41,223 bases of DNA from a virus (Duplodnaviria; Caudoviricetes): IMG/VR virus record IMGVR_UViG_3300023283_000110, positions 1 through 41,223 of that record; one strand, given 5' to 3'. Numbering within the stretch: position 1 is the first letter of the stretch; each line of letters opens with the position of its first letter. This document shows, piece by piece, positions 7,448 to 16,006 of the stretch. The position numbers were made by a program, and so were the translations under genes. The notes beneath the pieces are model-generated. The model made no database searches. It had not been told where the DNA came from and worked only from the letters and a program-made list of their open reading frames with translations.

Positions 7448-7954
7448 CTAGCCCACGTTATCACCCTCATCAGACTCGATGCGCTTTAAATCTGTCTTCA
7501 CGCCAATCTGTTTGAGATCATCCGCGGGCGGTTCCGGCTTCTCATCACCCTCGCGCTGCTGGCGCTCATATTCGTGGACGATCATGGCCGATGGGCTCCA
7601 ATTATCAAAGCGGGTTTTTTTGTATTCATCAAGGCAGCGGATGTACTCGGCGTGGCTGATCTGACGCGGGGGCGGGTTGAGGATTTTTTCAATGTCAGCG
7701 ACCACTGGGCATTCACCCTTTTGAAGCATGTGGCTGCGCAGGGCGTAAATCAGGTCATCCACGCTATACCGCCCCTCAAAGTACTTGCGGAAACGGCGGT
7801 ACTTGGCCTCAAGACTGGGCGGCTTGCCGTAGTGCCGCGCTTCATCCAACACATCCGCAAGCTCGGTACTAAGCCTCGCCCTTTCTGATTCGCTCCACGA
7901 GTTTTCCGGTTTCGTCGATGTAGTCATCAGTTCTTGATTTTCCGCGCGCGGCAT
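7448..7954 (-). CDS. Hypothetical protein downstream of the replication initiator (helicase-loader position)
   Basis: RBS GAAGGGAG before ATG 7954; overlaps the 3' end of the initiator gene; function from position only. Confidence 0.55.
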   Translation of the reverse strand: MPRAENQELMTTSTKPENSWSESERARLSTELADVLDEARHYGKPPSLEAKYRRFRKYFEGRYSVDDLIYALRSHMLQKGECPVVADIEKILNPPPRQISHAEYIRCLDEYKKTRFDNWSPSAMIVHEYERQQREGDEKPEPPADDLKQIGVKTDLKRIESDEGDNVG

Positions 7955-8582
7955 CGGTTTCTCCCTTCGGTTTGAACAGTCCTTGCCAGCCGTTCGTGAC
8001 TGACGTTTCGATAATCTGGTTCGGATCATATCCTTCAGCAGCCCAGCTCTCAAGTTTTGACACCTGCTTCTGCGCCTGACGCTCCGTTAACTTCTTGCGC
8101 AGTTCCTTGCGGTGCTGCACCCACTCGTCCCACTTGGCCGGATCTATGCAGTCTGGTAATTCTTCGGGTACCGATTTGGTGTATCCGCTCTTTCTATCCA
8201 GTTGATTCTCTTCCATTGATTCTCTTCCTATGGGATACGACACATCTGTCGTGTCAGGATACGACATATCTGTCGTGTCCTGATATACGGTTTCGTGTAT
8301 CAGAAAACGGTATCTGTTCGCTTTCCGAAGGCCCGGCCTTTCAACGTGCAACATGCCATAATCTTCCAGTTCCTTGATGTAACGCTGCACTTGCCTGACA
8401 CTAGCGCCAAGCTCGTCTGCCAGCGCGTCCTGACCCGGATAGGCAACCCCCGTGTTTTTGTCCGCATATTGGCACAGCCGGGCATAGCAAAGCTTGGCTC
8501 CCGGGCTTATGTTGCCGTCACGCATGATGGCGTTCGGAATGAAAGACCCTGTGAAAAAGCGAAAAGGGTTGAAAAATTGCAT
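7869..8582 (-). CDS. Phage replication initiator (N-terminal HTH_36-like, C-terminal O-like domain)
   Basis: ISPGAKLCYARL...AYPGQDALADELGASVRQVQRYIKELEDYG; WDEWVQHRKELRKKLT...SVTNGWQGLF; internal direct repeats. Confidence 0.8.
   Translation of the reverse strand: MQFFNPFRFFTGSFIPNAIMRDGNISPGAKLCYARLCQYADKNTGVAYPGQDALADELGASVRQVQRYIKELEDYGMLHVERPGLRKANRYRFLIHETVYQDTTDMSYPDTTDVSYPIGRESMEENQLDRKSGYTKSVPEELPDCIDPAKWDEWVQHRKELRKKLTERQAQKQVSKLESWAAEGYDPNQIIETSVTNGWQGLFKPKGETDAARGKSRTDDYIDETGKLVERIRKGEA
8233..8280. repeat. Two 24-bp direct repeats with internal palindrome inside the initiator gene (candidate iterons/origin)
   Basis: GGATACGACACATCTGTCGTGTCA / GGATACGACATATCTGTCGTGTCC; each contains ACGACA-N4-TGTCGT. 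Confidence 0.7.
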
Positions 8583-8593
8583 AATACATTCCT

Positions 8594-8965
8594 TTACAGT
8601 TTCGGGTAAAGATGAAGTAAGTATTCTCTGAAAGAATCGTGTCCGGCATCAGCCTCAATTGATACAAAATCGATAGCGTACTGGCCTCTCCGTGAATGGT
8701 GCGCAAACTCTAGGCCTCCGGTATTTATAAGACTCTCTCTTTCAAGTTTTTCTAGCGCTCTATTAACTTCATCCTCTATGAAATAGGGAAATAATTTTGC
8801 AAATACGCTGCCGTTAAGAAAAACCCAGACAGGCTCGTCTGGATCTTTGGATCTATAACCAGTTACGGCGTTCTTCTCACTCCATGCGTAGATGTTTTCA
8901 AAGAGAATTGCTGCGTCTACGCCAACAATTGATGCAAGCTCAGCATTAAAATGATGATTTGCCAT
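8594..8965 (-). CDS. Winged-helix protein resembling the N-terminus of phage replication proteins
   Basis: HHFNAELASIVGVDAAILFENIYAWSEKN...FPYF..DEVNRALEKLERESLI; visibly AT-richer than neighbours. Confidence 0.6.
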   Translation of the reverse strand: MANHHFNAELASIVGVDAAILFENIYAWSEKNAVTGYRSKDPDEPVWVFLNGSVFAKLFPYFIEDEVNRALEKLERESLINTGGLEFAHHSRRGQYAIDFVSIEADAGHDSFREYLLHLYPKL

Positions 8966-8986
8966 AATATTGTTCCTTTCTTTTGA

Positions 8987-9259
8987 TCAGGCGGCGAATT
9001 TGTAGCCGTGGCTTTCGACTCTCATGTAGTATTGCAGATCAAGAATGGTGTAGTAGGTCCGCCCCGAGTCGTCCCGCGGCTTGCCTCTCGGTCTGTGAGC
9101 GATCCTTCTGCTGCGGACAAGCTCAAGAAAGGCCGGGACAGACATGCCGAGATAGACAGCTGCCTCGGTTGTCTCCAGCGGTCCGCTGTAAAATTCGTCC
9201 GGCTCTGGGTAAAAGTCGCCGGCAGCCCGCGGTATATCGTGATTTATCGTCTTCACCAT
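8987..9259 (-). CDS. Excisionase-like HTH DNA-binding protein
   Basis: LETTEAAVYLGMSVPAFLELVRSRRI. Confidence 0.7.
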   Translation of the reverse strand: MVKTINHDIPRAAGDFYPEPDEFYSGPLETTEAAVYLGMSVPAFLELVRSRRIAHRPRGKPRDDSGRTYYTILDLQYYMRVESHGYKFAA

Positions 9260-9684
9260 AAGCTCCCTCCTTTCGGAACGTTGTAGTAGGTTAGAATTGC
9301 TTCGACCTCATCGACGCTTTTGGCAACGCAGACGGGGATCCCGAGTGCCTCGATTGACTGAGTAACCTCTTTCTGGCGGGGACTCTGGCTGCCGCCTTTT
9401 TTCTTTAGCTCAATGTAGAGCGTCCGCTGCGACAAACAGTTATTGTCGGTAAATCCGCGGTAATGTATCAGCAGGTCAGGCCAGCCTGACTTGACGCCGC
9501 GCAGCTTCCGGGCCTGCGCCCGGATCATCCCGGCCTTGCCCTTGCCACCGTCGTTGCGCTGCTCGACAGTCGTCCACGTATCGGGCGGCAGAACCTTCTC
9601 AAGATATGAGGCAACGGCTTTGTGAAGGTTGTCCTCGGATCCCGTCCAGTCTCTGGCGGTCATCCGCCATGGCAGGCTAGCCAT
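9253..9684 (-). CDS. VRR-NUC-like PD-(D/E)XK nuclease
   Basis: SEDNLH...GVKSGWPDLLI...YIELKKKGGSQSPRQK; ATG 9684 overlaps upstream stop. Confidence 0.85.
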   Translation of the reverse strand: MASLPWRMTARDWTGSEDNLHKAVASYLEKVLPPDTWTTVEQRNDGGKGKAGMIRAQARKLRGVKSGWPDLLIHYRGFTDNNCLSQRTLYIELKKKGGSQSPRQKEVTQSIEALGIPVCVAKSVDEVEAILTYYNVPKGGSLW

Positions 9685-9874
9685 CAGAATCTTCCTGACT
9701 TTCCAGATAAAAGTTGACAACATCCTTTATGAACGCACTGACGTTGCCGCCGTAAACCTCGTTCAACGACAGCTTTTTGATTTTCCTCTTCATAGACTCC
9801 GGACACCGGAACGCCACAAAAGCCTCGCTCTCGGTCTCGCCCGCGGCCGCATCCAAGTTTTTTTCATTTTCCAT
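9677..9874 (-). CDS. Ribbon-helix-helix transcriptional regulator
   Basis: FVAFRCPESMKRKIKKLS...NVSAFIKDVVNFYL; RBS GGGAGAG. Confidence 0.7.
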   Translation of the reverse strand: MENEKNLDAAAGETESEAFVAFRCPESMKRKIKKLSLNEVYGGNVSAFIKDVVNFYLESQEDSDG

Positions 9875-9885
9875 AACTCTCTCCC

Positions 9886-9948
9886 TTGACTTGATGAGTT
9901 GATTTGTATAACTTTATGGATGTTATCCAATTAACAAAGGAGTGTCAA
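9886..9948. promoter_or_regulatory. Overlapping divergent promoters with a central inverted repeat
   Basis: + strand TTGACT(9886)-N17-TAACTT; - strand TTGACA(9948-9943)-N17-TAACAT(9925-9920); palindrome TGGAT-GTT-ATCCA 9917-9929. Confidence 0.6.
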
Positions 9949-9950
9949 CA

Positions 9951-10190
9951 ATGAACAGCCTTGCGATGAAAGAAAGCGAGCAGGATGTAAAGGTCGAGCG
10001 CGATCTTCATCAGGCGCTTTTGTGCCTTAAGGATGCAAACGCGATGATGCTTGATCATAACTTTGAGGCCGATGAAGCTTTTTACAGGGAAACAGAGCAA
10101 TACCTGAAGGGAATGTTTCAGCTGATAATCTCTCTCATGGCCACAACAGACACACGCAAATCACTGGATGGTGAGACAGACGATGTCTAA
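9951..10190 (+). CDS. Hypothetical protein
   Basis: RBS AAAGGAG, ATG 9951; first gene of the rightward operon. Confidence 0.6.
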   Translation: MNSLAMKESEQDVKVERDLHQALLCLKDANAMMLDHNFEADEAFYRETEQYLKGMFQLIISLMATTDTRKSLDGETDDV

Positions 10191-10572
10191 AACGTTCTAC
10201 ATCTACGATCCGGGCCATATTCCCAACGTTGCCGAGCACGTGCGGCACCAGGTCGAGGCTGGCAAGCCGCAGGTTGTCAAGTGTGCCGCCTACGACGACA
10301 AGCGCAGCAGCCAGCAGAACGACTTTTACCAGAAGCTGGTGCGCGAGTTTGCCAATTACAGCGGCGAGCAGGATATGGAGTACTGGAAGGAATATTTCCG
10401 GTACAAGTTTCTGGGCTCACGGATCGTCAATGTTGATGGCGTGACAAAAGAGCCACCAATTTCAACAAGAGACTTAACCGTCGACGAGTTTGCCAACTAT
10501 CTCGACAAGATTCAGGGGTATTTGGCAACCGAGCACGGCTTTGTCCTGCCGCCGGAGGAGAGGCCACGATGA
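10183..10572 (+). CDS. NinB/YbcN-like recombination accessory protein
   Basis: KRSSQQNDFY...WKEYFRYKFLG...STRDLTVDEFANYLDKI...GFVLP. Confidence 0.75.
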   Translation: MSKTFYIYDPGHIPNVAEHVRHQVEAGKPQVVKCAAYDDKRSSQQNDFYQKLVREFANYSGEQDMEYWKEYFRYKFLGSRIVNVDGVTKEPPISTRDLTVDEFANYLDKIQGYLATEHGFVLPPEERPR

Positions 10573-11363
10573 CAAAGACAATCGAGACCATGAGTTACCG
10601 CGTCCGCTTTAACAACACAGGCGGCAAGCATTACTACGAAGCTCAACCCGTCAGGAAAAGCTCTACTCACGACAAATGGGTTAAAGTGCCGGGTGTGACA
10701 ACGATCAAAAACCTTCTCGGCAAGGACCACCTCATCTACTGGGCTGCCAAGGAGTGCGCCAACTTTCTGCAAGAGAACTGGCAGGCAGGACAGGCTTACA
10801 CGCAGGAAGAGATTGACGACAGGGTTGAGCGCATGAAAAAAGCACACGTCCGCAAGCGCGATGACGCCGCGGAACGCGGAACCGAAATTCATGAATTGCT
10901 TGAGAAGAAATACGTGGCTGCGATCGAGGGCAGAAAATTTACCGCGTCTTCGGAAGAAACCTACGCCAACGAGGCCCTCAAAGCTTATGAAGCCTACCTT
11001 GAGGCCCACAGTCTTAACATCAAGCCGGTTGCGGCCGAGAAAATCATATTTGACCCGGATCACTGGTATGCGGGCACCGTGGACCTGATTGCCAGAGTCA
11101 ACGATGAGCTTGCAGTGGTTGATTTCAAGACAGGCAGCGGCATATACGCCGACATGGGCATTCAGCTTGCAGCTTATGCCATGGCCTACCAAAAGATGGC
11201 ACGCGAGGATGTGAAAAAGCGGATTGTCTTTAACATCCCGTCCTCAGGGAACAAGGTGAGTCATGCAGTCTTTGAGAATGATTACGCGGATGGATCCGCC
11301 TTTCTCGCGTGCCGCTCACTTTACAAATGGAAAACCAACCGCCTTAAACCAAAGGAGAAGTAA
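10569..11363 (+). CDS. PD-(D/E)XK exonuclease
   Basis: PGVTTI, RGTEIHELLE, YAGTVDLIA, VVDFKTG, QLAAYAMAY. Confidence 0.85.
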   Translation: MTKTIETMSYRVRFNNTGGKHYYEAQPVRKSSTHDKWVKVPGVTTIKNLLGKDHLIYWAAKECANFLQENWQAGQAYTQEEIDDRVERMKKAHVRKRDDAAERGTEIHELLEKKYVAAIEGRKFTASSEETYANEALKAYEAYLEAHSLNIKPVAAEKIIFDPDHWYAGTVDLIARVNDELAVVDFKTGSGIYADMGIQLAAYAMAYQKMAREDVKKRIVFNIPSSGNKVSHAVFENDYADGSAFLACRSLYKWKTNRLKPKEK

Positions 11364-12029
11364 ATGACAACCTTAGTCGCAAAATCATCAGGGGGACAGG
11401 ACTTTGAGCTCCCCGAACCGGGGACACACCTTGCCCGTTGCTACCGGATACTCGACCTTGGAACACGCAAAAGCGAGTATCAGGGCAAGATCGACTTTAA
11501 AAGGACGATCAACGTGGGCTGGGAACTTCCCAATTCGACTCTTGATAACGGAGCCCCTCACGTCGTCGGCCAATACTATACGCTAAGTACAAACCCAAAA
11601 TCCAAACTTCGCCCGGTACTTGAATCATGGCTAGGCCGCAACCTGACACGTGACGAAGAGGCCAAGGGCTTTGATCTTATATCGCTGCTCGGCAAGCCCT
11701 GCATGCTGAATATCGTGCACAAGGAAAAACAGAACGGTTACACAAAGGCTGATGTGACCGGGGTTATGTCGGCCCCGGCCGGGACAGACATGCCGCCACA
11801 ATACAACGAGTCCGTTCTTTTCTCGCTCGACGATTTTGACAAAGAGACCTTTGAGAAAATCCCGGAAGGTTTGCAGGCTATGATCAAGGAATCGCCCGAG
11901 TACAGAAAAGTAACCGGCCAAAAACCCGCACAACAGGCTGCCCCTGAAAGTCCGCCAACCCCGAAGCAGGCCCCGAAACAGACTCAGGATCACGGGGAAG
12001 CTTTGTCGGATGACGAAATCCCGTTTTAG
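11364..12029 (+). CDS. Putative phage single-stranded DNA-binding protein
   Basis: GTHLARCYRILDLGT N-terminus, LLGKPCMLNIVH, flexible linker and SSB-like acidic tail DDEIPF. Confidence 0.75.
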   Translation: MTTLVAKSSGGQDFELPEPGTHLARCYRILDLGTRKSEYQGKIDFKRTINVGWELPNSTLDNGAPHVVGQYYTLSTNPKSKLRPVLESWLGRNLTRDEEAKGFDLISLLGKPCMLNIVHKEKQNGYTKADVTGVMSAPAGTDMPPQYNESVLFSLDDFDKETFEKIPEGLQAMIKESPEYRKVTGQKPAQQAAPESPPTPKQAPKQTQDHGEALSDDEIPF

Positions 12030-12043
12030 GAAGGAGATTAGCC

Positions 12044-12280
12044 ATGCACTCGCTGAAAGACGCAAAAGCGACCGTTACCGAAGAGCAGGACGCCTCTCTC
12101 GATGCAATGTATGAAAGCCTGAAAGATACTGTCCGCCTTGAAAGGAACGAAATACGCGAGCGCGAGGCGGACATCCTGCGGAAGATCGAACATCTGAATA
12201 TGCGCCTTAAGGAAATCGAGATGAAATACCTGAGACTTGAAAGGAAGACCCGCAATGCGGACAAGACTCAAAACACCTAG
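12044..12280 (+). CDS. Small coiled-coil protein
   Basis: RBS AAGGAG; heptad-like charged helix. Confidence 0.6.
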   Translation: MHSLKDAKATVTEEQDASLDAMYESLKDTVRLERNEIREREADILRKIEHLNMRLKEIEMKYLRLERKTRNADKTQNT

Positions 12281-12440
12281 GTACAGCATGATTCAAAACG
12301 TCAGATTCTGGCTCAACCAGTCAGATAACAGGGATGTTGTCCCGACGCCGAACTGGCTGCTTGCCGTCTACGCCGTTGTTGTCTTTGGCATGATTGTCTG
12401 GGCTTTACACGTGGCCAGCGTCCCGGTACAGCAGGTTTAA
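12255..12440 (+). CDS. Small membrane protein (start uncertain)
   Basis: One hydrophobic helix WLLAVYAVVVFGMIVWAL; overlaps upstream gene. Confidence 0.5.
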   Translation: MRTRLKTPRYSMIQNVRFWLNQSDNRDVVPTPNWLLAVYAVVVFGMIVWALHVASVPVQQV

Positions 12441-12448
12441 AGGTTTCT

Positions 12449-12473
12449 CCTGCCGCTTGTAAGCCGCGGCAGG
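12449..12473. terminator. Hairpin between convergent operons
   Basis: CCTGCCGC-N9-GCGGCAGG; no clear U-tract. Confidence 0.45.
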
Positions 12474-12521
12474 CCTCAAGCAAAACTCTGGACAGGTAGT
12501 CCTCTTTTTTGCCGGAGATCC

Positions 12522-12791
12522 TTACCGCATCTTCGCCATCTCCCGCCACTTAAAGTGAACTTTCTTGTGGCAGTTACTGCAAAGTATGTCGCACTTCGCC
12601 ATTTCTTGACGGATTTCCTGCAAGTCCTCCCACGTCTGGGCACTGCGGATCTTGCGCGCAACGTTGAACTCTTTCGTCTCAGGATCGCGGTGGTGAAACT
12701 CCAACACCGAAGGATGATCCTCACCACAACAAAGACACGCCAGCGATTGCTTGTGAGACCTCCACCACCGGCTTATGTCACGCTGCGCCAT
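12522..12791 (-). CDS. HNH endonuclease
   Basis: CLCCG...LEFHH...KCDILCSNCHKKVH. Confidence 0.85.
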   Translation of the reverse strand: MAQRDISRWWRSHKQSLACLCCGEDHPSVLEFHHRDPETKEFNVARKIRSAQTWEDLQEIRQEMAKCDILCSNCHKKVHFKWREMAKMR

Positions 12792-12983
12792 CTAGCTCCC
12801 ACGCCTTCGCTCTTTCAAACGCCAGAGATTGAGCACGTCCCGGAGGGAATCCCTCTGTAAGCGGCGAGGATGCTTCTGTGTGCGTTCTTCTTCCTGAAGG
12901 ATCAAAGATGCCTCGTGACACCTTTCCTGCCACACACGTTCATCTGTGAGCTTCTCATTGATGCGCTGCTGCTTCTTAGTCAT
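12792..12983 (-). CDS. Small basic hypothetical protein
   Basis: Abuts HNH start; overlaps upstream stop. Confidence 0.5.
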   Translation of the reverse strand: MTKKQQRINEKLTDERVWQERCHEASLILQEEERTQKHPRRLQRDSLRDVLNLWRLKERRRGS

Positions 12984-13132
12984 TTTTTGTGCCCCCGCTT
13001 TGTCAAATCCCGGGCCAGCTTTTTGCCAGCCTTGCGTTTGTCGCGTTTCTTAAACCATTTAAGCGGCAGAAGGCGGGCGAGCCACGTGCCACCTTTCATC
13101 TCGTTGTCGTTTGCGCCGGTATGTTTGTTCAT
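12980..13132 (-). CDS. Small basic hypothetical protein (50 aa)
   Basis: MNKHTGANDNEMKGGTWLARLLPLKWFKKRDKRKAGKKLARDLTKRGHKK; start and stop both overlap neighbours; not in ORF track. Confidence 0.5.
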   Translation of the reverse strand: MNKHTGANDNEMKGGTWLARLLPLKWFKKRDKRKAGKKLARDLTKRGHKK

Positions 13133-13629
13133 CACTCAGGCCCTCCAAAGGCTGGTTCATTCGGCGGCGGTCCTCTGCCGATGACAAGATCTCCGTTGGA
13201 CAGACTCCATAGCTGATATGTCGTCCGCGCCCCCGTGAACGGGTTGGTGGTTGTCAAATAGGTGCGCTGCTCGCGGACAAAGCCCAGTCCGTCAGCAAAT
13301 CCGAGCGTCACGTCATCGTCATCTTCAATCAGCGCAAACATCTTTATAATACCAAGGTTACCAAAAGGATTGCCGAAAACAACCTGCAAGCGGTTATTGG
13401 TCCACTGACGCCCGGTAACAACGTTCACGAAACACGTCTGCGGTCCTTCAAAATTGAAGTGATCGTAAACAACGCCGCCGAACAAATCCCCTGTTGCCTC
13501 ATCAACCATGGCGAGCTCAACCTCATCACCCCGGATAAAGACCTGATCCCGCGGCCTCGCAGGCGCAAGATTCAACTGCTCCGCAACGTAAATCTTGACC
13601 GATCCGTCTGTTCGTCCCTCAAATGCCAT
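13132..13629 (-). CDS. GNAT-fold-like phage protein
   Basis: GGVVYDHF...VFGNPFGNLGIIKMFALI...GLGFVREQ pattern resembles phage GNAT-like proteins. Confidence 0.55.
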   Translation of the reverse strand: MAFEGRTDGSVKIYVAEQLNLAPARPRDQVFIRGDEVELAMVDEATGDLFGGVVYDHFNFEGPQTCFVNVVTGRQWTNNRLQVVFGNPFGNLGIIKMFALIEDDDDVTLGFADGLGFVREQRTYLTTTNPFTGARTTYQLWSLSNGDLVIGRGPPPNEPAFGGPE

Positions 13630-14427
13630 TCATGCCCCGCTAAAAGGTGGTTGTGGTCCCGCCGCTGCCGTGGCGCCGTTACCCGCAAAATCCCACTCAG
13701 GAAACCGGCCGCCCGGGGAGTTATTAAACTCAATATCGCCCGGCTGGCCGGAAAGGTTTATCTCGTTAGGCGTCAGCGTCCGAAAGTCCATATAACGGTC
13801 CTCGCGGATGATCTTGTTCTGCACGTTTGAGTCACTTAAATCAAAGGTCTCGCCCGGCCTGACGTGAATCTGCGCAATGCGGCCGACAAACTGGTTCTGG
13901 TTTGTTACGTCCCGCGCTACGTCGGCGACGTCCATAAGAGACCTGGCAAACGAATTGCCTGTATCCGTCGAGGGACTTATGGTGCTTACCGTCTTGCCAG
14001 ACGTGTCAGACCAATGCAGGTACTGATACGTGGATGACGCAACGTCGATTGAAAACGCCCACATGTTCCACTCGTTTGCGTCCCCCGTCGTTGATGTCGT
14101 GCCGTCAAGGTTGGTGTTCTCACTGGTGTCATTGCCAGTGACCCGCATTGCGCCGGTATTTGTCTGCTGAAATCTCACAATAATACTGTTAAACACGAAC
14201 TTCCCGGACCCAAAACCGCCGATCTCTGTATAAACCGCCTGACTGCCGGAGATGTTTGTCGGGTAGATCCAGAAAGCAACGAAGTATTTGTCCTGATCAT
14301 CCGGCGAGAATGTCCCAAGGCTGTCCACCAAAAACCCGCCCCCGTCGAAAAATGACGACCCGAAGTTAGGGACAAGAGGGAAACGAAAATATGAGGCAAG
14401 TCGGCCGGGATGAGAAATCTGCGTCAC
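13630..14427 (-). CDS. LamG/concanavalin-like beta-sandwich protein
   Basis: FVAFWIYP, ANEWNMWAFS, FVGRIAQI; GTG 14427 overlaps upstream TGA. Confidence 0.6.
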   Translation of the reverse strand: MTQISHPGRLASYFRFPLVPNFGSSFFDGGGFLVDSLGTFSPDDQDKYFVAFWIYPTNISGSQAVYTEIGGFGSGKFVFNSIIVRFQQTNTGAMRVTGNDTSENTNLDGTTSTTGDANEWNMWAFSIDVASSTYQYLHWSDTSGKTVSTISPSTDTGNSFARSLMDVADVARDVTNQNQFVGRIAQIHVRPGETFDLSDSNVQNKIIREDRYMDFRTLTPNEINLSGQPGDIEFNNSPGGRFPEWDFAGNGATAAAGPQPPFSGA

Positions 14428-15206
14428 TTTCCGCCGCCTCCGCCCGAGCCGGATGTGGCATTCGGCCCCCACTTCCCGGTCAAATAATCCGTTTCCAGAA
14501 GACTCGCATCGCTGTCAGACAAAACAGTGTTGTAGATGATACACTCGGCAACCTTGCCGCCAAGCAGGTTGTTTCCCGCGCGGTTTTCCATAACGGCAAA
14601 TTTGGTGCCGCTGGCAATTGTATTGGTCCAGCCGCCGTCACTGGCCTTAAGATTGCCGTCAACATATATGGCAACACCGCTAGACGTATCAAGCGTCAGC
14701 CTGTAGATATGCCAGCCCGCATAAGGACCGTCCGTAAACGAAGGGTTTGATCCGCCAAAATTGTTTCCATTAAGACGGCCGTCGAACTGGCCACTATTCC
14801 CTGCATCAACCTGAAGATCAGTGTTGCTGCTGTTACCGCTAAAGCTGTAGATGCTGTCAAAAGCATTATCGACAAGATCAATGCTGCAAAGATAGAAGAT
14901 TGTCATCGCAGACGGCGTCGTAAAGCTCCCGCGGTTAAGCGAGTCACTGCTGAACGTCAGAACATTGCGGCCACCCAGCGTATTCATACCCGTCTGCGGT
15001 TGATCAGCAGTGGTGGCCTGACTCAGGTTCTGACCGCTCCCGGTTTTGTCATCCCACGACTCGACGTCGCTGCCCCCCTGAATCGTCAGCGTGCTCTCGT
15101 CATCAGCGTCAAACCACGCAAACAGACCGTCAAAATCCTCAGGGCTAAGGCCGCGGGTTGACTTATTCACACGGATTAAACCCCCGGGGCTAACGATCTG
15201 CGGCAC
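14424..15206 (-). CDS. LamG/concanavalin-like virion-associated protein
   Basis: LFAWFDADD...VESWDDKTG...IYVDG...GKVAECIIYNTVLS. Confidence 0.7.
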   Translation of the reverse strand: MPQIVSPGGLIRVNKSTRGLSPEDFDGLFAWFDADDESTLTIQGGSDVESWDDKTGSGQNLSQATTADQPQTGMNTLGGRNVLTFSSDSLNRGSFTTPSAMTIFYLCSIDLVDNAFDSIYSFSGNSSNTDLQVDAGNSGQFDGRLNGNNFGGSNPSFTDGPYAGWHIYRLTLDTSSGVAIYVDGNLKASDGGWTNTIASGTKFAVMENRAGNNLLGGKVAECIIYNTVLSDSDASLLETDYLTGKWGPNATSGSGGGGGK

Positions 15207-15207
15207 A

Positions 15208-15444
15208 CTAATTCTCCAACTGTTCTTTCAGGTCAAGCAAGTCATCCTGCCACGCCTTGTAGGCCGGACACCTGCTCTCGAAACTGCATTGATCAAGACC
15301 TGACGGGCAGCAACACTGAGCGAGCTCCTGCCTGACACGCTCCCCGGGGACAGGAAACGCAGGACAACTCTCAACGCGGCTTTGACAAGCGGTCAAGAGT
15401 ATCACGAAAAGACAAAGGAGGCTGAGCCGAAATATTCGCATCAT
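15208..15444 (-). CDS. o-spanin (Rz1-like lipoprotein)
   Basis: Signal peptide with lipobox LLTAC; overlaps the 3' end of the upstream TM gene. Confidence 0.7.
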   Translation of the reverse strand: MMRIFRLSLLCLFVILLTACQSRVESCPAFPVPGERVRQELAQCCCPSGLDQCSFESRCPAYKAWQDDLLDLKEQLEN

Positions 15445-15568
15445 CCCTCATATCTCCAAGCTTGCCAACAGCCGCGTCACGTTCGGCTTCAATCTTCCCT
15501 AAACGCCGGATGACGTAAAATAACGCCGCGAAAGCGACAGCGTTCAGGACGAGGCTTGCGTAAAACAC
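15371..15568 (-). CDS. i-spanin (Rz-like)
   Basis: N-terminal TM helix then helical region; overlaps the lipoprotein gene. Confidence 0.6.
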   Translation of the reverse strand: MFYASLVLNAVAFAALFYVIRRLGKIEAERDAAVGKLGDMRDDANISAQPPLSFRDTLDRLSKPR

Positions 15569-15582
15569 GCCCGGCGGAAATT

Positions 15583-15789
15583 CTAGTCGTTAACCCGGAT
15601 GTCAACAGGATCGACACAAAGCTCACCGGCAGGCGCGTCTTCGCTGCAAACCGGGACAAACTCCGTGCGGGCCTGCGTTCCGGCACCACCGGCAAAACCG
15701 ATCAGCAACAAACCCAGAAAACCCAGAATCCCGAGATCAAATAAAACAGGTGACCGCTTCCGGCCGCCACCCTTACGTCGTTTAGCCAT
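15583..15789 (-). CDS. Small membrane protein in the lysis cassette
   Basis: MAKRRKGGGRKR basic N-terminus, then TM helix. Confidence 0.5.
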   Translation of the reverse strand: MAKRRKGGGRKRSPVLFDLGILGFLGLLLIGFAGGAGTQARTEFVPVCSEDAPAGELCVDPVDIRVND

Positions 15790-15973
15790 TTTTCTTCTCC
15801 TCTTTGGTTGTGATCGCGATGATCGATACAATTGCCGCAACTCCTGACACAATATGCGTGACAAGCTCCGGCTGGATGGTCACACCGATCGCGCCTGCAA
15901 GAAGCGTAATGCCAGTGCGGATGGTTGACGGCTCTCTCAAGCGGTCAAGCAAAGTTTGTAAAAGCTGTCTCAT
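15782..15973 (-). CDS. Holin
   Basis: 63 aa, RLREPST motif, two TM segments, charged C-terminus, next to endolysin; RBS GGAGAGGAG. Confidence 0.7.
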   Translation of the reverse strand: MRQLLQTLLDRLREPSTIRTGITLLAGAIGVTIQPELVTHIVSGVAAIVSIIAITTKEEKKNG

Positions 15974-16006
15974 AAAACGTTCTCCTCTCCTGAAAGGATT
16001 GTATCA

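Noticed and set aside
7351-7451. Possible promoter and 23-codon ORF in the convergent gap
   Set aside because: -10 box poor, no RBS; insufficient support
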